Shown here piece by piece: positions 47,090-59,625 of a stretch of 64,000 nt of DNA. The notes beneath the pieces are model-generated. The model worked only from the letters and a program-made list of their open reading frames with translations. It was not told where the DNA came from and did not search any database. The DNA comes from Okamejei kenojei (lineage: Eukaryota). Position 1 is the first letter of the stretch, and each line of letters starts with the position of its first letter. Where the stretch lies: positions 19,716,001-19,780,000 of the forward strand of contig CM069152.1 of assembly GCA_035221665.1 (NCBI GenBank), in the 5' to 3' direction. Both the position numbers and the translations under genes were made by a program.

Positions 47090-48740
47090 ATAACTTGCCC
47101 ATTTTGGGTTTCACCAGGACCATTTGGCTCCAGACCTTGAGTTAGCCTTGGTTGGGACAGAATTCCTGGGTGATTACACTCTATGTCAAGGCCACACTTG
47201 ACTGAGTGTGGCATCAAGGTGCTCTGATAAATCGGGTGAATGTGTTTCAAGGGAAAACACTCAAACTCACGATAGAAGATGATCGTGGCTGCCAATGATC
47301 TATCATCTAATTTCCAGAATATCACTGTGGGAGTTCTTTGGGTCCATTCAACTTCAGCTGCTTCATCAATAACCTTACTTACATCAAAAGGTTACAAGAG
47401 ATGTCCTTTCATGATTGCAAAATCTTCAATTCGAATCACAGCTTCCCAGTAAATGAAGCAGCCACGATCTGGACAACATGCAGGCATGGCTGATAAGTGG
47501 AAAATAACATTTGCACCATGCAATTACAAGCGCAGGTGAAACACTGAATAGAAAATGTAAAAAAAATGTATAGTGGCTGGAAATCTGAAATGTATCAGAA
47601 AATATTGGAAATATCGGAATAGTGGGTCAGGCTGCATTTGTGGAGAGAGAAATAGAATTAACCCTTCAGTTCTTCATCAGATCTTCTCCCGACAGCCTGA
47701 AGACTTTCCTTTACAAGTTAGGGCATGGTAGATTACCTCCACTTCTGCAAGAGCAGAGCTCTGACTCACAGGGAGCTTCACACTTCTAGCACAAACAGAC
47801 CATTTGTTTGACACCCAATCGACCACCTTAAATATTTAATTTCCCAGTACCGGCATATGTCAATGCACCATGTACTATTCACAATATGCATTGCAGCTAT
47901 TCACTGAGGCTACTGCAACACCATCTCCTAAACCCGTGATCTTGGCTACTCAGAATGCGAAAGGCAGCTGGTGAAAGGGAAATATTAACACAGAGCATAG
48001 AAGTTTGGAGGTCATGTTGCAGTTATATACAGTAAGACGTTGGTGAGGCCGCATTTAGAATATTGTGTTTAGTTTTGGGCACCATGTTGCAGGAAAGATG
48101 TCTAGTTAGAAAGAGTACAGAGAAGATTTGTGAGGATGTTGCCAGGACTGAATTATAGGGAGAGGTTGAGCAGGCTGGGTCTCTATTCCTTGGAGCACAG
48201 GACGATGAGGGGTGATCTTATAGAGGTGTATAAAATTATGAGAGGAATAGATCGGGTAGACGCATGTACGGAAATTGAGAACCAGAAGACATAGATTTAA
48301 GGTGAAGGGGAAAAGATTGAATAGGAATCTGAAGGGTAACTTTTCCACACAAAGGGTGATGGGTGTATGCCAGAGGAGGTAGTTGAGGCAGGGACTATTG
48401 CAATGTTTAAGAAACAAGAGGACGGGAACATGGATAGGATATGGGCCAAATATAGGCAAGTGGGACAGGTGTAGTTGGGACATGTTGGGCGAAGGGCCTG
48501 TTTTTCACGGTGAGTAACTCTATGACTCTGTACTATTCACAAAATGCACTGCATATTCACTGAGGCTACTCCAACAGCACCTCCTAAACCCATGACCTCG
48601 GCTACTCAGGAAGAGAAGGGCAGCTGGTGAAAGGGAATATTAATAGCTGCAGGTTGCTTCACAGTCACAAACTCTTTTTACTCAGTAATATATTACATCT
48701 CCCTCAGCATTGATGGGCCTAAACTGCAAGGAGGAAAGAT
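47090..48740 (+). mobile_element. Old CR1/L2-like LINE remnant hosting a younger CR1
   Basis: TTGACTGAGTGTGGCATCAAGG (FD.VWHQG-like), TTCAGCTGCTTCATCAATAACCTT (FSCFIN.L) and GACAACATGCAGGCATGGCTGATAAGTGG. Confidence 0.65.
47989..48528 (+). mobile_element. CR1/HER1 3' fragment flanked by a ~118-bp direct duplication
   Basis: Homologous to the 19.3-19.9 kb CR1 3' end. Flanks 47871-47988 and 48529-48643 are copies of one another. Confidence 0.92.
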
Positions 48741-51700
48741 TCAACACTGTGTTAGTTTCAGATCACATGCAATATACTGTTCCATCGAAGTATTCTGTTA
48801 GTCCATCCCAGATGCAATGGTGTAATGAATCGCCCTGTAAATTACTCTGTTATTGCACCATCTGGTGCAGTTTCTGCAACTTAACTATAGCCTGCTAAAT
48901 GAATCTAAATACAGCATTTCTTATGCGGTTGACTTTATAGAGCTCTCCCTGCCCATGCGAGGCGGGGAGGGGGGGGTGCAGGCCAAGTGTCCCAAGTCTA
49001 GTGTTGCTGACAGATCTGAAATGCTCCAAGACCCTCGTTTCCAAGACAGTTATGCCCCAAAATGACCACATTGCATGAGCTTTATATACAACTGAAATTT
49101 ACTATTCGCATCTGGAAATGCAATGCAATCCATTTTGCATCACTTTTGGAAATTAATCTGAGCACTCCCCAGAATGAGTCACCATTGTGCCCTGATGCAT
49201 AGCTCACAGGATGATGACACACTTAGTGCAATGCTCTTTTTGAGACATTGAAATAAAATTGTATTCATATTGTCCAGAGAATAACGGCCTTTTGGACGTT
49301 TCCACTCTCCCAGCAGCTCTTTATTGAGCCACCCCACATTCTTTGCTTCACCCCAAATCCCAACTTCCCAAGGCACTGGACAACCACAGCCACCACCAAC
49401 ACAAATTATTGCCTACACTCCTGACCTTATGATCTTCTTTAATAACCTGCACCCCCCTGCCCTCAACCCCAGCCCCTCCCCCAATGCTGGTCATCTCCTT
49501 ACCCTGCACCCAAACAACTACAAATATTTCCAGATCAAAATTTCAGACTCTGAAATAAATTCAAAGCAATTCCTGACCCACATGGTTGGGCCGGCATAAC
49601 ACCACGTTGAATATTATGGAATTTCTAAACAGGTGATCGTAGGCAGGGACACGTCACTGAGAGCTCTTCTGAAACTGACCACTTGTAGAGAATTATGTTT
49701 GGACTCATACTGTCTCTGAACTGTTTTGTAATTGCAGCAAGCCATTTCCTGCAAATCCATAATAACTTGGCAAAGCATCAGAGCTGGTTTTAAGCACTAC
49801 TTGCAAAGTGAATGGATGGTGTAGCAACTTTCTGTGTGATCAGGCCTTCTGTTTTGGTTTGCAATAACTTAAGTGCAGGCCAATATTTCTACATTGGGCT
49901 GTCTATTCTGTCTACATTATACTGAGCTCTATTCCTCAGAGCTGGCTTCACATTTCTTACATCTGTTGTGGCTGCCTGCTCTTTTCCAATGACAATTTAT
50001 GACCAATTTTTAGTGAATTGGGTCTATTGTTCATCCCTTTCTCTCCCTCTCATGCTCTAATGGTGATGCAGTCTTTACTCAGACCTCTGGCAACTCTCCC
50101 CATTATCCACCCCCACCCACTCCAACTCTTCCCATTATCTGCTTGTTCTCTTTACAAAACCTAATCTCCCATCCCTCACCATTCAAGGGTGAAGAAATGG
50201 ACCTTCAGCATTTCTTTTGCTCCTCTCCTCCCACCTATTTTATTTTCTCGATGGCCTTGAGATGTTAAAAACACTACATAACAACTATTTTAATTTCACA
50301 TCAACCACCTTTAAACAGGAACCAAGAATGAATGATTAATATAAATATTATCTATGTTCATCTCTGTTGGCCTTTGGGATACCTTCAAATTCAAATTGAG
50401 AATGCTCTCTTTCAGAGAGAGTTATTAAGGATGATGAGGCAATAGATTTGATGCCAGCATCATCAACCTTGGGTTAATGACTACCTATCCTGTCCCACAC
50501 CCTCTCATTAATATCAGCAGAGACGGCCATTAACCTGAGGGCGATTGAAGAACTCAGCTATCAATAACCACGCTACTGGAGGCAGCATCAGGACCTGCTC
50601 ACAAAGAAATACTAAACAATCTGAGAGGCGAAGGCAGCAAGGAAACAAAGATTTTGATTCCTGATGAGTGGCCTGGTACTGATTTACTTATGAGTTGATG
50701 TCTGGCTGTGTGAATGGTCCAAATGAACAATGGGGAAAAGAACTACATCTAATTATCTGTACTGTTGAGAGGTTCATGGCCTAATGTGTCAGCTTATCAA
50801 CAGTGTATGGAGCATAATTGATACTGATGAAATGGTTCTGTGAAGACTTATGTTTCTGGTGCTCTGCTCCGTGTGTCCATTACCAGTCCACGCGAGGAGC
50901 TGACAGGCCTGTGAAAGGCATTGATTGCTTCACTGCAGTGGGTTGGCTGTTTGTGCGTGTCATCGTCCGAGCATTCAGCTCACTCACACCAACTGTGCTC
51001 AGACAAGGTGGAAGGCAAAGCCTAAAGGCTGCTCCCTCGACAATAGAGGGACTCCACCCTGAGATGGCTTGAGCTCCTTGAGTCAGGGTTATGGAGGCTT
51101 GTCAGGGACGGAGTCTTTATCCCTTCTGCTTTCCCTACCCCTGCCTCCATATCCTAGTGATTAGACATAAAGAGAGGAAAATGCTCTTTAACCTGAGCCA
51201 CTGTCACCTGTGTCTCACTCTGGAGGGGGGGGGGAGAAAGGAAATCCAGGTTAGGTTTCAAGCGAGCATCATGATGATATGGTGCTTGTTGGCGACCTGT
51301 CGGACGAGATGTACAACTGAATACCTATCAGGTGGATGTGAATAACCTGCAGCTGTACAGGAAGGTTAGAGATTCCTCTCCAGTCTCCCAGCCAACATTT
51401 GTTCTCTGCCAACATTAGTCAGGATTATCATCACGGAGGGTGATGAGGAGTGATTTCCTGCCCACCTGTACCCTCCACTAACTGTGATAGTTGTCCTCCA
51501 GATCTCCAGAGTAAAGAAAAATACAAAAAGCAAAATGCTATTAACCCTTAATTTCGTGCCTCTACCTTTTTAGTATTTCAATTTACATAAAGGAATATCC
51601 AGTATTTAATGATCAATAGCGATATCACTAAGCAGGAGGGAGGGAGAGACAGCACTTGGATGCGTGGTCAGATATTTGAAAGGGGACAGAATTGCTAAAA

Positions 51701-52024
51701 TACACATGTAATGACTGGCATGTCAATGGTGGAAGCAAGAAGCAGTGAAATAGTGTATTATCCTGAGTTCAAGGAGAGTTGATATCGAACCGTTGCAGGG
51801 ACTGCTTTGTTGAGGTTTGGGAGGGATTTAATAGTAAGATACTTATGTGGCAGTGGGGAGACCGTGATCAAGAAGGCGATTCTCCTGGGACGAGGTTATC
51901 CAATTGCACCTCGCGTGTGTGCCGACACCTGTGATGTCGTCAAATGCGGGATACGTGACTGCAACATTTGTGGCAGTGGGGGACTGCGTTCGCGTGTTCT
52001 ACCCTAACGACGGATGCTGGCTGG

Positions 52025-52230
52025 ACGGAATTTGTACAAGCTCCCTGTGACCGTGTAGGTTTTCTCTGGGTGCTCCAGTTGTCTCCCACTTTCCAAAGTC
52101 GTGCAGGTTTGTAGGTTAACTGGCTTCTGTAAATTGTCCCTAATGTGTAGGATAGAACTCGCCGATCGCTGGTCGGCGTGGACTCAGTGGGCCGAAGGGC
52201 CTGTTTCCATGCTGTATCTCTAAACTAAAT
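52025..52230 (+). mobile_element. HE1-type SINE, 5'-truncated
   Basis: CTCCCTGTGACCGTGTAGGTTTTCTCTGGGTGCTCCAGTT...GGGCCGAAGGGCCTGTTTCCATGCTGTATCTCTAAACTAAA. Confidence 0.88.
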
Positions 52231-53149
52231 AACGCTTATCTTGGTGAGTTGAGTACTGAAATACAATGGAATTGATCTTATTGTCGTGCAAAGCAGCAAA
52301 CATCTAGAACAAAGTTTGACTATGGGATCTAGAGATTGCTGGTCAGGTCACAATTTATTGCCTAACGAGATGGTGTGTGATACTTCTTGAAGGTGCTCTC
52401 ATAATGCTGTTGAGTGGGGAGTACTAAGATTTAAATCCATTGGATGATAGACAGTATTTCAAAGACAGATGGTGTGTGACTTACAGAGGATCTGCATGTC
52501 CCCATGCACCATGCACTGTTGTCCTCTTCCCCACTGGCTTGTAGGCTTGGCAGGTGCTGTTGGAGTTCTCTGTTTGAATATTCCCCCAGCTCAGCTCTGG
52601 GTGAGTGTTCCGTTGCCAAGAGACACCATGTTGGGAAGAGCACCCCTTCCACTAATTTAAAGATGCGATAGCATTGAACAGAGGGGAACGGGCAGTACTC
52701 CTGCAGTCTTGCCTTAGATGCTTCCCTGGAAACATCCTGTCATAAGCAGATTAACCGGTCAGTAATCCAGTTGCTGTGTAAATTGACTGCAGTATTTATC
52801 AATCGCACCGTACTAAATCACGGGTGAAATATTAAAGGAGTTTTGGACCTTGTGACAAATCCCAGTCACTGGCTATGTTGGATATTGTAAAAGCGGTGTT
52901 ACGGTGCACGCAACCACAGTCTAAGTGGTTGGCTGCAGTCTTGTTGCACATTCCAAGTGAATAGCAAAGTGCTCCTCCATGCACTGAGCCGCTATGGCTT
53001 GAATCCTATTTGAATCAACAGGATAATGGAGGATTTGAGATTGGCATAATAATGGCAGGGGCTGCTTCAGATGCCAGGTGACAAGATAAATATTCTTACC
53101 AAATCTGTTCTACATTCACTCCGACTGGAATAAAGATTGCCAGATATTA

Positions 53150-53625
53150 TTGTCTGAAGGAGGGTGAAACCTGAAATATCATCTATCCATTTTCTCCATA
53201 GATGCAGCCGGACCCGTTGAGTTCCTCCAGGATTTTGTGTCTATCCAAATATTACTGCTTGGTTTGGTTGGTTTTGCACATGGCAGATCTATATAATGTG
53301 TGTGCTACTTTCTTAAAACAAAACTGTTATAAGAAAAGGCACAAAGTGCTGTAGTAACTCAGTGGGCCAGGCAGCATCTCTAGAGAACATGGATAGGTGA
53401 CATTTTGGGTCAGGACACTTCTTCAGATTGATTGTAGTGGGGGGAGGGAGCTGGAAGAGAGGTGGTGGTTGAATAAAGCCAGGCAAGTGACACTACTATC
53501 AGTCTGAAGAAGGGTCCCGATCTGAAATGTCACCTATCCATGTTCTCAGAGATGCTGCCTGACCCACAGAGTTACTCAAGCACCTTGTGCTTTTTTTTTA
53601 AACCAGCAACTGCAGTTCCTTGTAT
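53150..53625. mobile_element. Three pLTR-derived units: + 53150-53245 and an inverted pair 53340-53625
   Basis: GGATAGGTGACATTTTGGGTCAGGACACTTCTTCAGA pairs with TCTGAAGAAGGGTCCCGATCTGAAATGTCACCTATCC. Confidence 0.85.
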
Positions 53626-53724
53626 CAACATCTCTTTGATATACGGAATTAATTTAAACCAGGATTTATCTGTGCCACTGCAAACACTTCAAAGTTGGTG
53701 TGTGAATACAGCTGTGCCACTGTG

Positions 53725-54000
53725 TGGGTGGCACAACTGGTAGAACTGCTGCTTCACAATGTTACAGATCCAGGTTCGATCTTGACCTCAGATGTTGTCT
53801 GTGTGGAGTTTGCATGTTGTTTTTCTTGAAGTGTTCCAGTTTCCTCCCACATCGCAAAAAAGTGCAGGTTTGCAGGTTGATTGGACTCTGTAAATTGCGT
53901 CTGGTGTGTAAAGTGGGATAACATGGATCTAGTGTGAACAGGTGATTAATGGTCGGCATGGACTCAGTGGGCCGAAGGGCCTGTTTCCACTGTATCTTCC
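53725..54000 (+). mobile_element. HE1-type V-SINE
   Basis: CAGGTTCGATCTTGACCTC, TGTGTGGAGTTTGCATGTT and GGGCCGAAGGGCCTGTTTCCAC. Confidence 0.88.
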
Positions 54001-54936
54001 CGTCTTCCAATGAATCAACCAGGCAACTCGTTGAAATGCTTCATTCTTACATCTCAACTTAGAGATATCATTTATCTAAAAAGGTCAATTTGCCACTGAT
54101 TAAATGCAACTTGCCATACAGCATTGGTGCACAATGTTTCAGGTAGGATATAATTAGGCCAGGCAGAATTTGATTTTTATTTTGTAATAATTTTGACAAA
54201 TAAAAATCAATGCTTATTTTCAGGCATTTGTTTTATTGATTTGATTTTTCAGCATTGTATAGAATTAGGAGAGTGTGAACAGGCAATTTATCAATGACAA
54301 TGTTCCATTAAAAACATTATGCGATCACCTGTCAAAATATAAGAATTAAATAGGCATAAATCAATAATCTGAATCTTTCCTGCTTTGAGTCATTGTGTTC
54401 ATTAAGCAGTTGCATTATAAGTACAAAACAATTGAAAGATACAAATATTAGCTTCACAGACCACCTGTTCCATTTTGAAAGGTTTATCCCCTGATTGTTT
54501 TATTAATGTGAATAGATTATTAACAATGGAATTTTTTTTTTTTGTCGATCTGTGAGTGGGAGCTGAAATTGACAGTTATTAATGTTTTCTGATAAAAACT
54601 GTATTCTGCCAACCGTGGACTTAATCAATTAAGAAAGCAAGTGCAGCTCGAGCTGTCTACTCTCAATGAGGGAATGCTGCAAACTCATTAGTTTCCAAAG
54701 AGAAAAATAGGCTTTTGTTTAAAATATATGGTTTCCGAACGGTGCAGATAGAATCACTTTATCAACTTTTATTACTGATGATATTATACATTAATATTAC
54801 TCTGCTTCTCGAAATCTGTGGCTGACTGCATAAACCAGCATAGGATTTCTTCATCCAGTGCTACATCAGGTATGCTCAGCATAGGATGTCATGTGTCAGA
54901 TGACATAAACTAGTCCCTGGTAACGTACCACTGCAG

Positions 54937-56236
54937 GTAGACACAAAATGCTGAAGTAACGCAGCGGGTCAGGCAGCCCTCTCTGGAGAAAAGGAAAAGG
55001 TGAGGTTTCAGGTCAAGACCCTTCTTCAGACTGAGAGTCAGAGGAGGTGGAAACTAGAGGTATGAAAAGGCACAGAACAATTCAGAGGGGGCACCGATGA
55101 CTCAGGAAAGGTGGAGCCCACAATGGTCCATTGTTGGCTGTGGACGTGGTGATAACAAAGGGATACGAACAGTGAAACTAGCAAGACGACTAGGGTAGGG
55201 TAGGGACGGTGAGAGAGGGAATGCGAGGGTTACTTGAAGTTGGAGATATCAATAATCATACCGGATTGTAAGCTGCCCATGCAAAATATGAGCTGCTGTT
55301 CCTCCAATTTGCGCTTGGCCTCACTCTGACAGTGGACGAGGTCCAGGAGAGTAAGATTAATATAGGAATAAGATGGGGAGTTAAAATGTTTTGCAACTGG
55401 GAGATCGCGTAGGTCAAGGCAGACTGAGCATAGGTGTACAGCAAAATCTTCGCCCAGTCTGCGCTTGGTCTCGCCGATATTAGGAGTCCATACCGAGAAC
55501 AACAAATGCAGTAGATGAGGTTGGAGGAGGTGTAAATGAATCTCTGCATCACCTCAAATGACTGTCGAGAGAGGAGGTATAGGGACAGGTGTTGCATCTC
55601 CTGCGGTTGCAGGCAAAAGTACCTGGGGAGGGGGTGGGAAGGGATGAGTGAACCAGGGAGTTGTGCAGGGAAGAGTCTCTGTGGAAAATGGAAAGCGTGG
55701 AGATGGGAAGTAGTAGTTCGTGGTGGGATCCCGTTGGAGGGGGCAAAAATGTCAAAGTATTATGTGCTGTATGCGATGGCTGATGGGATAAAAGGTGAGG
55801 ACTAGGGGGACTCTGTCCCTGTTGCGACTGGGAGGAGGGGGAACAAGAGCTGAGCTACAGGGAACTGAGTGATACGTGTGAGGGTCTCGTCTATGATAAA
55901 AGTGTGGAACCCCCCCGTCCCCTAGAGTATGAGGGCATCTTGGATTTTCTGGTATGGAACACCTCATCTTGGGCGCAGATGTGCCAGAGACAGAAAATTG
56001 CAAGCAGGGAATAGAATCTTTGCAGGAGGTAGGGTGGGAAGAAGTGTAGTCTAGAGAGCTGTGGGAGTCAGTAAGTGTATAATAGATGTCCGTCGATAGT
56101 CTATTTCCTGTGATGGAGACGTTGAGATCAAGAATGTGTCGGAGATAGTCCAAGTGAATTTGAGAGCAGGATGCAAATTGGTAGTGAAGTTAATGAATTT
56201 CATGAGTTCTGCATGGGTGCAGGAGGTAGTCCCCAC
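54937..56236 (-). mobile_element. Penelope-like retroelement, 5'-truncated: RT C-terminus, GIY-YIG endonuclease and pLTR
   Basis: LDLNVSITGNRLSTDIYY..TDSH..LDYTSSHP, RVPLVLTF.P, NLIYCICCS and IGETKRRLG..F..HL..PVAKHFN..KLEEQQLIF (frameshifted). Confidence 0.93.
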
Positions 56237-56299
56237 TGTAGGTCTGCGTATACAAGTGCAGGACTGAGTGGACTACTGCGGGACAAGGTATGCTAGTGC

Positions 56300-56650
56300 T
56301 GGACATGTGGCAATGCCTGATTACATGTGACACTACATGTAAAAGTGGTTGATTACGTGTGACTGCGCCAGATCATTTAACATTGTCTGATTATATGTGA
56401 GGATGTTTGATTACACGTGGTGGCTCCCAATTACATGCGATGGAATTGATTAAATGTGATGGCACAATCACAGTGCATGTGGCACAATTGATTACACATG
56501 ACAGTGCCTGATTACATGTGAGGTGCATCATTGCATGTGAAAGCACCTGATTACATGTGTGGTACCCAATTAACCTGGTCACACATGATGGAACCTGATT
56601 ACATGTGGCAGCACCCAGTCACATGTAACAGCACTCGGTTACATGCCCTG
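56300..56650. repeat. Minisatellite, ~21-22-bp unit with TGATTACATGTG core
   Basis: Recurrent (C/T)TGATTACA(T/C)GTG and CACCTGATTACATGTG. Confidence 0.85.
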
Positions 56651-57011
56651 TCTGTACCATCATCAGTCATTATTAGTCAGTTCCGTGATATAAATAATTG
56701 AGACATTTTGCAGACTCATGGAGCTGTGTTTATTTTATAAAGGTGAGATAAATCAAAATAAAGTTCTGTATTTATAATTGAACCGGCATAATTCAAAGGC
56801 CTGCAAACTCCCATTAAATCTGCCATGTGCAGCCATTTTGAGACAAAGGGCTTCTATAAGTCATGGCAGGAATCTTGCTAATTAATAGATTATCATCAAA
56901 GGCAAGGCAGCACTGGGCTGAACAGCCATTGTTCATGATGCATGAGTATGTAGTTCAGACTAACAGCTGCCACACCACGTGTAACAAATAAAAGGCAGAA
57001 CATAATCCCCC

Positions 57012-57187
57012 NNNNNNNNNNNNNNNNNNNNNNNNNNNNNNNNNNNNNNNNNNNNNNNNNNNNNNNNNNNNNNNNNNNNNNNNNNNNNNNNNNNNNNNNN
57101 NNNNNNNNNNNNNNNNNNNNNNNNNNNNNNNNNNNNNNNNNNNNNNNNNNNNNNNNNNNNNNNNNNNNNNNNNNNNNNNNNNNNNNN
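57012..57187. other. Assembly gap or masked segment (176 N)
   Basis: Run of N, followed immediately by CAG|GTGAGT. Confidence 0.99.
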
Positions 57188-57539
57188 CAGGTGAGTTTTC
57201 CAATGATGTTTCTATTTACACAATGCTGTCTTTATCCTCACCCTACCACAATTCTCAGTTTGCACAAACCAAAAAGGGCCGATTCAAGGCTTCGGCAATG
57301 GGCTGTGGCGAGTCAGCAGCCCGTTTTAACACCCGCCTGATTTTTCCTTTCCTCTGACAAGTGAAACAGAGGAGAAAGCAGCCTCTCAAACTGTGTGGGT
57401 GTACTGCAAAGGAATCCTCATTGGCAATGTAGTCACAGACCATCTGCCTCACTGTTTGCAGAACAAAGTGTTCGCTGATCTACAGCAACACATTCTAAAC
57501 ACTAGAAAAACTGAACATTACTAAATCCATTTTAGAAAT

Positions 57540-57680
57540 AAAAGAACTTGAATTCTGTAGCATCTTCCCCGACCTCAGAATGACCCATAGTACTTTAAAA
57601 CCAACGAAATGGAGTCATTGCTTTAATGTAGGCAGCCAATTTGTACACAGTAAGTTCCCAGAAAGAAGAATACGATGACA
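57540..57680 (-). mobile_element. Deu-SINE 3' relic
   Basis: AAAGAACTTGAATTCTGTAGCATC...GACCTCAGAATGACCC...TAATGTAGGCAGCCAATTTGTACACAGTAAGTTCCCA. Confidence 0.55.
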
Positions 57681-59307
57681 GCAGGACCACTTGTTTGGCA
57701 GAATGGGAAGGACTCTTTGTAATAGTTGGCTGCAGAATTAAGTCCTGCCAGTCATCTTCTGATATTTTGTCAATTGAACAGTGCAATTACCTCAGCACAG
57801 AGCTGTATTGTGGCCAGGAAATCCTTAAACTGCTATAGCTGGAGTAGTCACATTTTCTATGGTTTGTTTTCTTGAAGCACAGAGTGAACTGTGGGAGCAA
57901 AACAGACACTGCGGTAGCTGGAGTTCAGAGTTGAAATAGAAAATGCAGGATGATTCAGGTCGGGCAGCACCTTTGGAGATTAGCACAGAGGCTGAGTGGA
58001 AGGGCCAAATGCACCATGAGTGTCTCTGGCACCACCAACTTCAGACTTCTCGGACTTTAAATTGCTGTAACTTATTTCTTCAGGTATCAGCTGTTAAATT
58101 AGTTGGGCTCTCTGTTACTTCCAGCATTACAGCACCGGGCAGTGAATGGCGCTAAACACAGTTGCCCAATTCATGCAAAAGCCATGATGGATGGCTAGGA
58201 TAGATTTTGACTTCTCGTTGCTGAGGCGTGCGTGAAAGGTGCATGCGAGGGGGCAGAGGGGGTTGAGCAAAACAACCTGAGCTTTAAAGGTGAAGCCCAG
58301 TAGCACCAGTGAGATCGGCCACTTTATAATGTGTTAATATAAAAGCTGGCAGCAAGAGAGTATAGTTACTACTTTGTATTGCCCTACTCCACTGAGATTT
58401 CATCCTGTTCTCGCAACAAATCTCACATTCCAACAGAGACTTGCAGGCAGCAATGCAATTAATTGCAGAAATTTGTAAGTGACAAGTAATTACTACGTTT
58501 TGGTGAGATTTGAAAAAAGCAGATTTTAATGTTTGTTGCTCCCATACTTCATTTAAAAATATAAGCAATTCAGGCTGCTGTAACCATAAAAAAAAAAGTC
58601 TACAGATTGCTGTCTATACAAGTGATGGAAAATGAGCAAGGGGATGGAAACTGAAGCAATGGGTTAGGGAAAGGCACCAAGGCAGGATGGGATTAACATT
58701 CAATATCTGACAAGACCTTTGCCAAGCGTGGTTAATAGGCTGGCCTGTTCGAGGAATAATTTTCCATCTTTGGAAATGTGCCAACTTAATTAGTACAGGG
58801 CAATATCTTGCAGTAGGAACTGCGAGGGAGTAAGTAGTGTTCGGAGGACAGGCAGAAACCTGGCAGAGGTTCAGTGATACTTTATAATGCAGTATTTGCA
58901 AAATACTGAGATTCTGTACTCATTCAGAAGTAGTTCTAATCCCAGGGATATTGGTGTTGGTGGATACTCTCCACCCTGAAGTGTTGATGGATGGTTACTG
59001 AATCAGCACTTTGTGCTTCACGCTGTATCATGTGCAGTCAAACATTGATGTAATGCTTATTACAAATCTCCCATTAATATAACAAGATTCCTCCTGCTCT
59101 TGGCTGGAAGGTCCATTGGAGCTTAAATCCTTGAGATTAACTACTGGTGTGATGAACTGTTTTTTCAGTGTGAGCTTGTGATAACGAAGACTGACACCCC
59201 TGCGCAAAAAAATTAAGCATTTCAGGACCAGATTCTGTCAATTCAAGCAAAGGTTTCATAAGGAACATTTCCTCCTCCTTTAGAACTCGCCCACTTCCCA
59301 CTGTGGA

Positions 59308-59625
59308 GTTTAGTTTAGTTTAGAGGTACAGCGCGGAAACAGGCCCTTCTGCCCACCAAGTCCGTGCAGACCAGCGATCCCTGCACATTAACAATATCCT
59401 ACACACACTGTGGACAATTTACAATTATTCCAAGCCAATTAACCTACAAACCTGCACGTCTTTGGGTGTGGGAGGAAACTGAAGATCTCGGAGAAAACAT
59501 GGTCACGGGGAGGGGAGAACGTACAAACTCCGTACAGACAGCACCCGTAGTCGGGATCGAACACGGGTCTCCGGTGCTGCAAACACTGTATGGCAGCAAC
59601 TCTACCGCTGCACCACCCGTGCCAC
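59308..59625 (-). mobile_element. HE1 V-SINE
   Basis: (GTTTA)n tail, GCGGAAACAGGCCCTTC, core, and head CTACCGCTGCACCACCCGTGCC. Confidence 0.93.

Noticed and set aside
56300-56650. Regularly spaced short repeats resembling a CRISPR array
   Set aside because: The units are degenerate tandem copies without unique spacers, in a vertebrate context with no cas genes.
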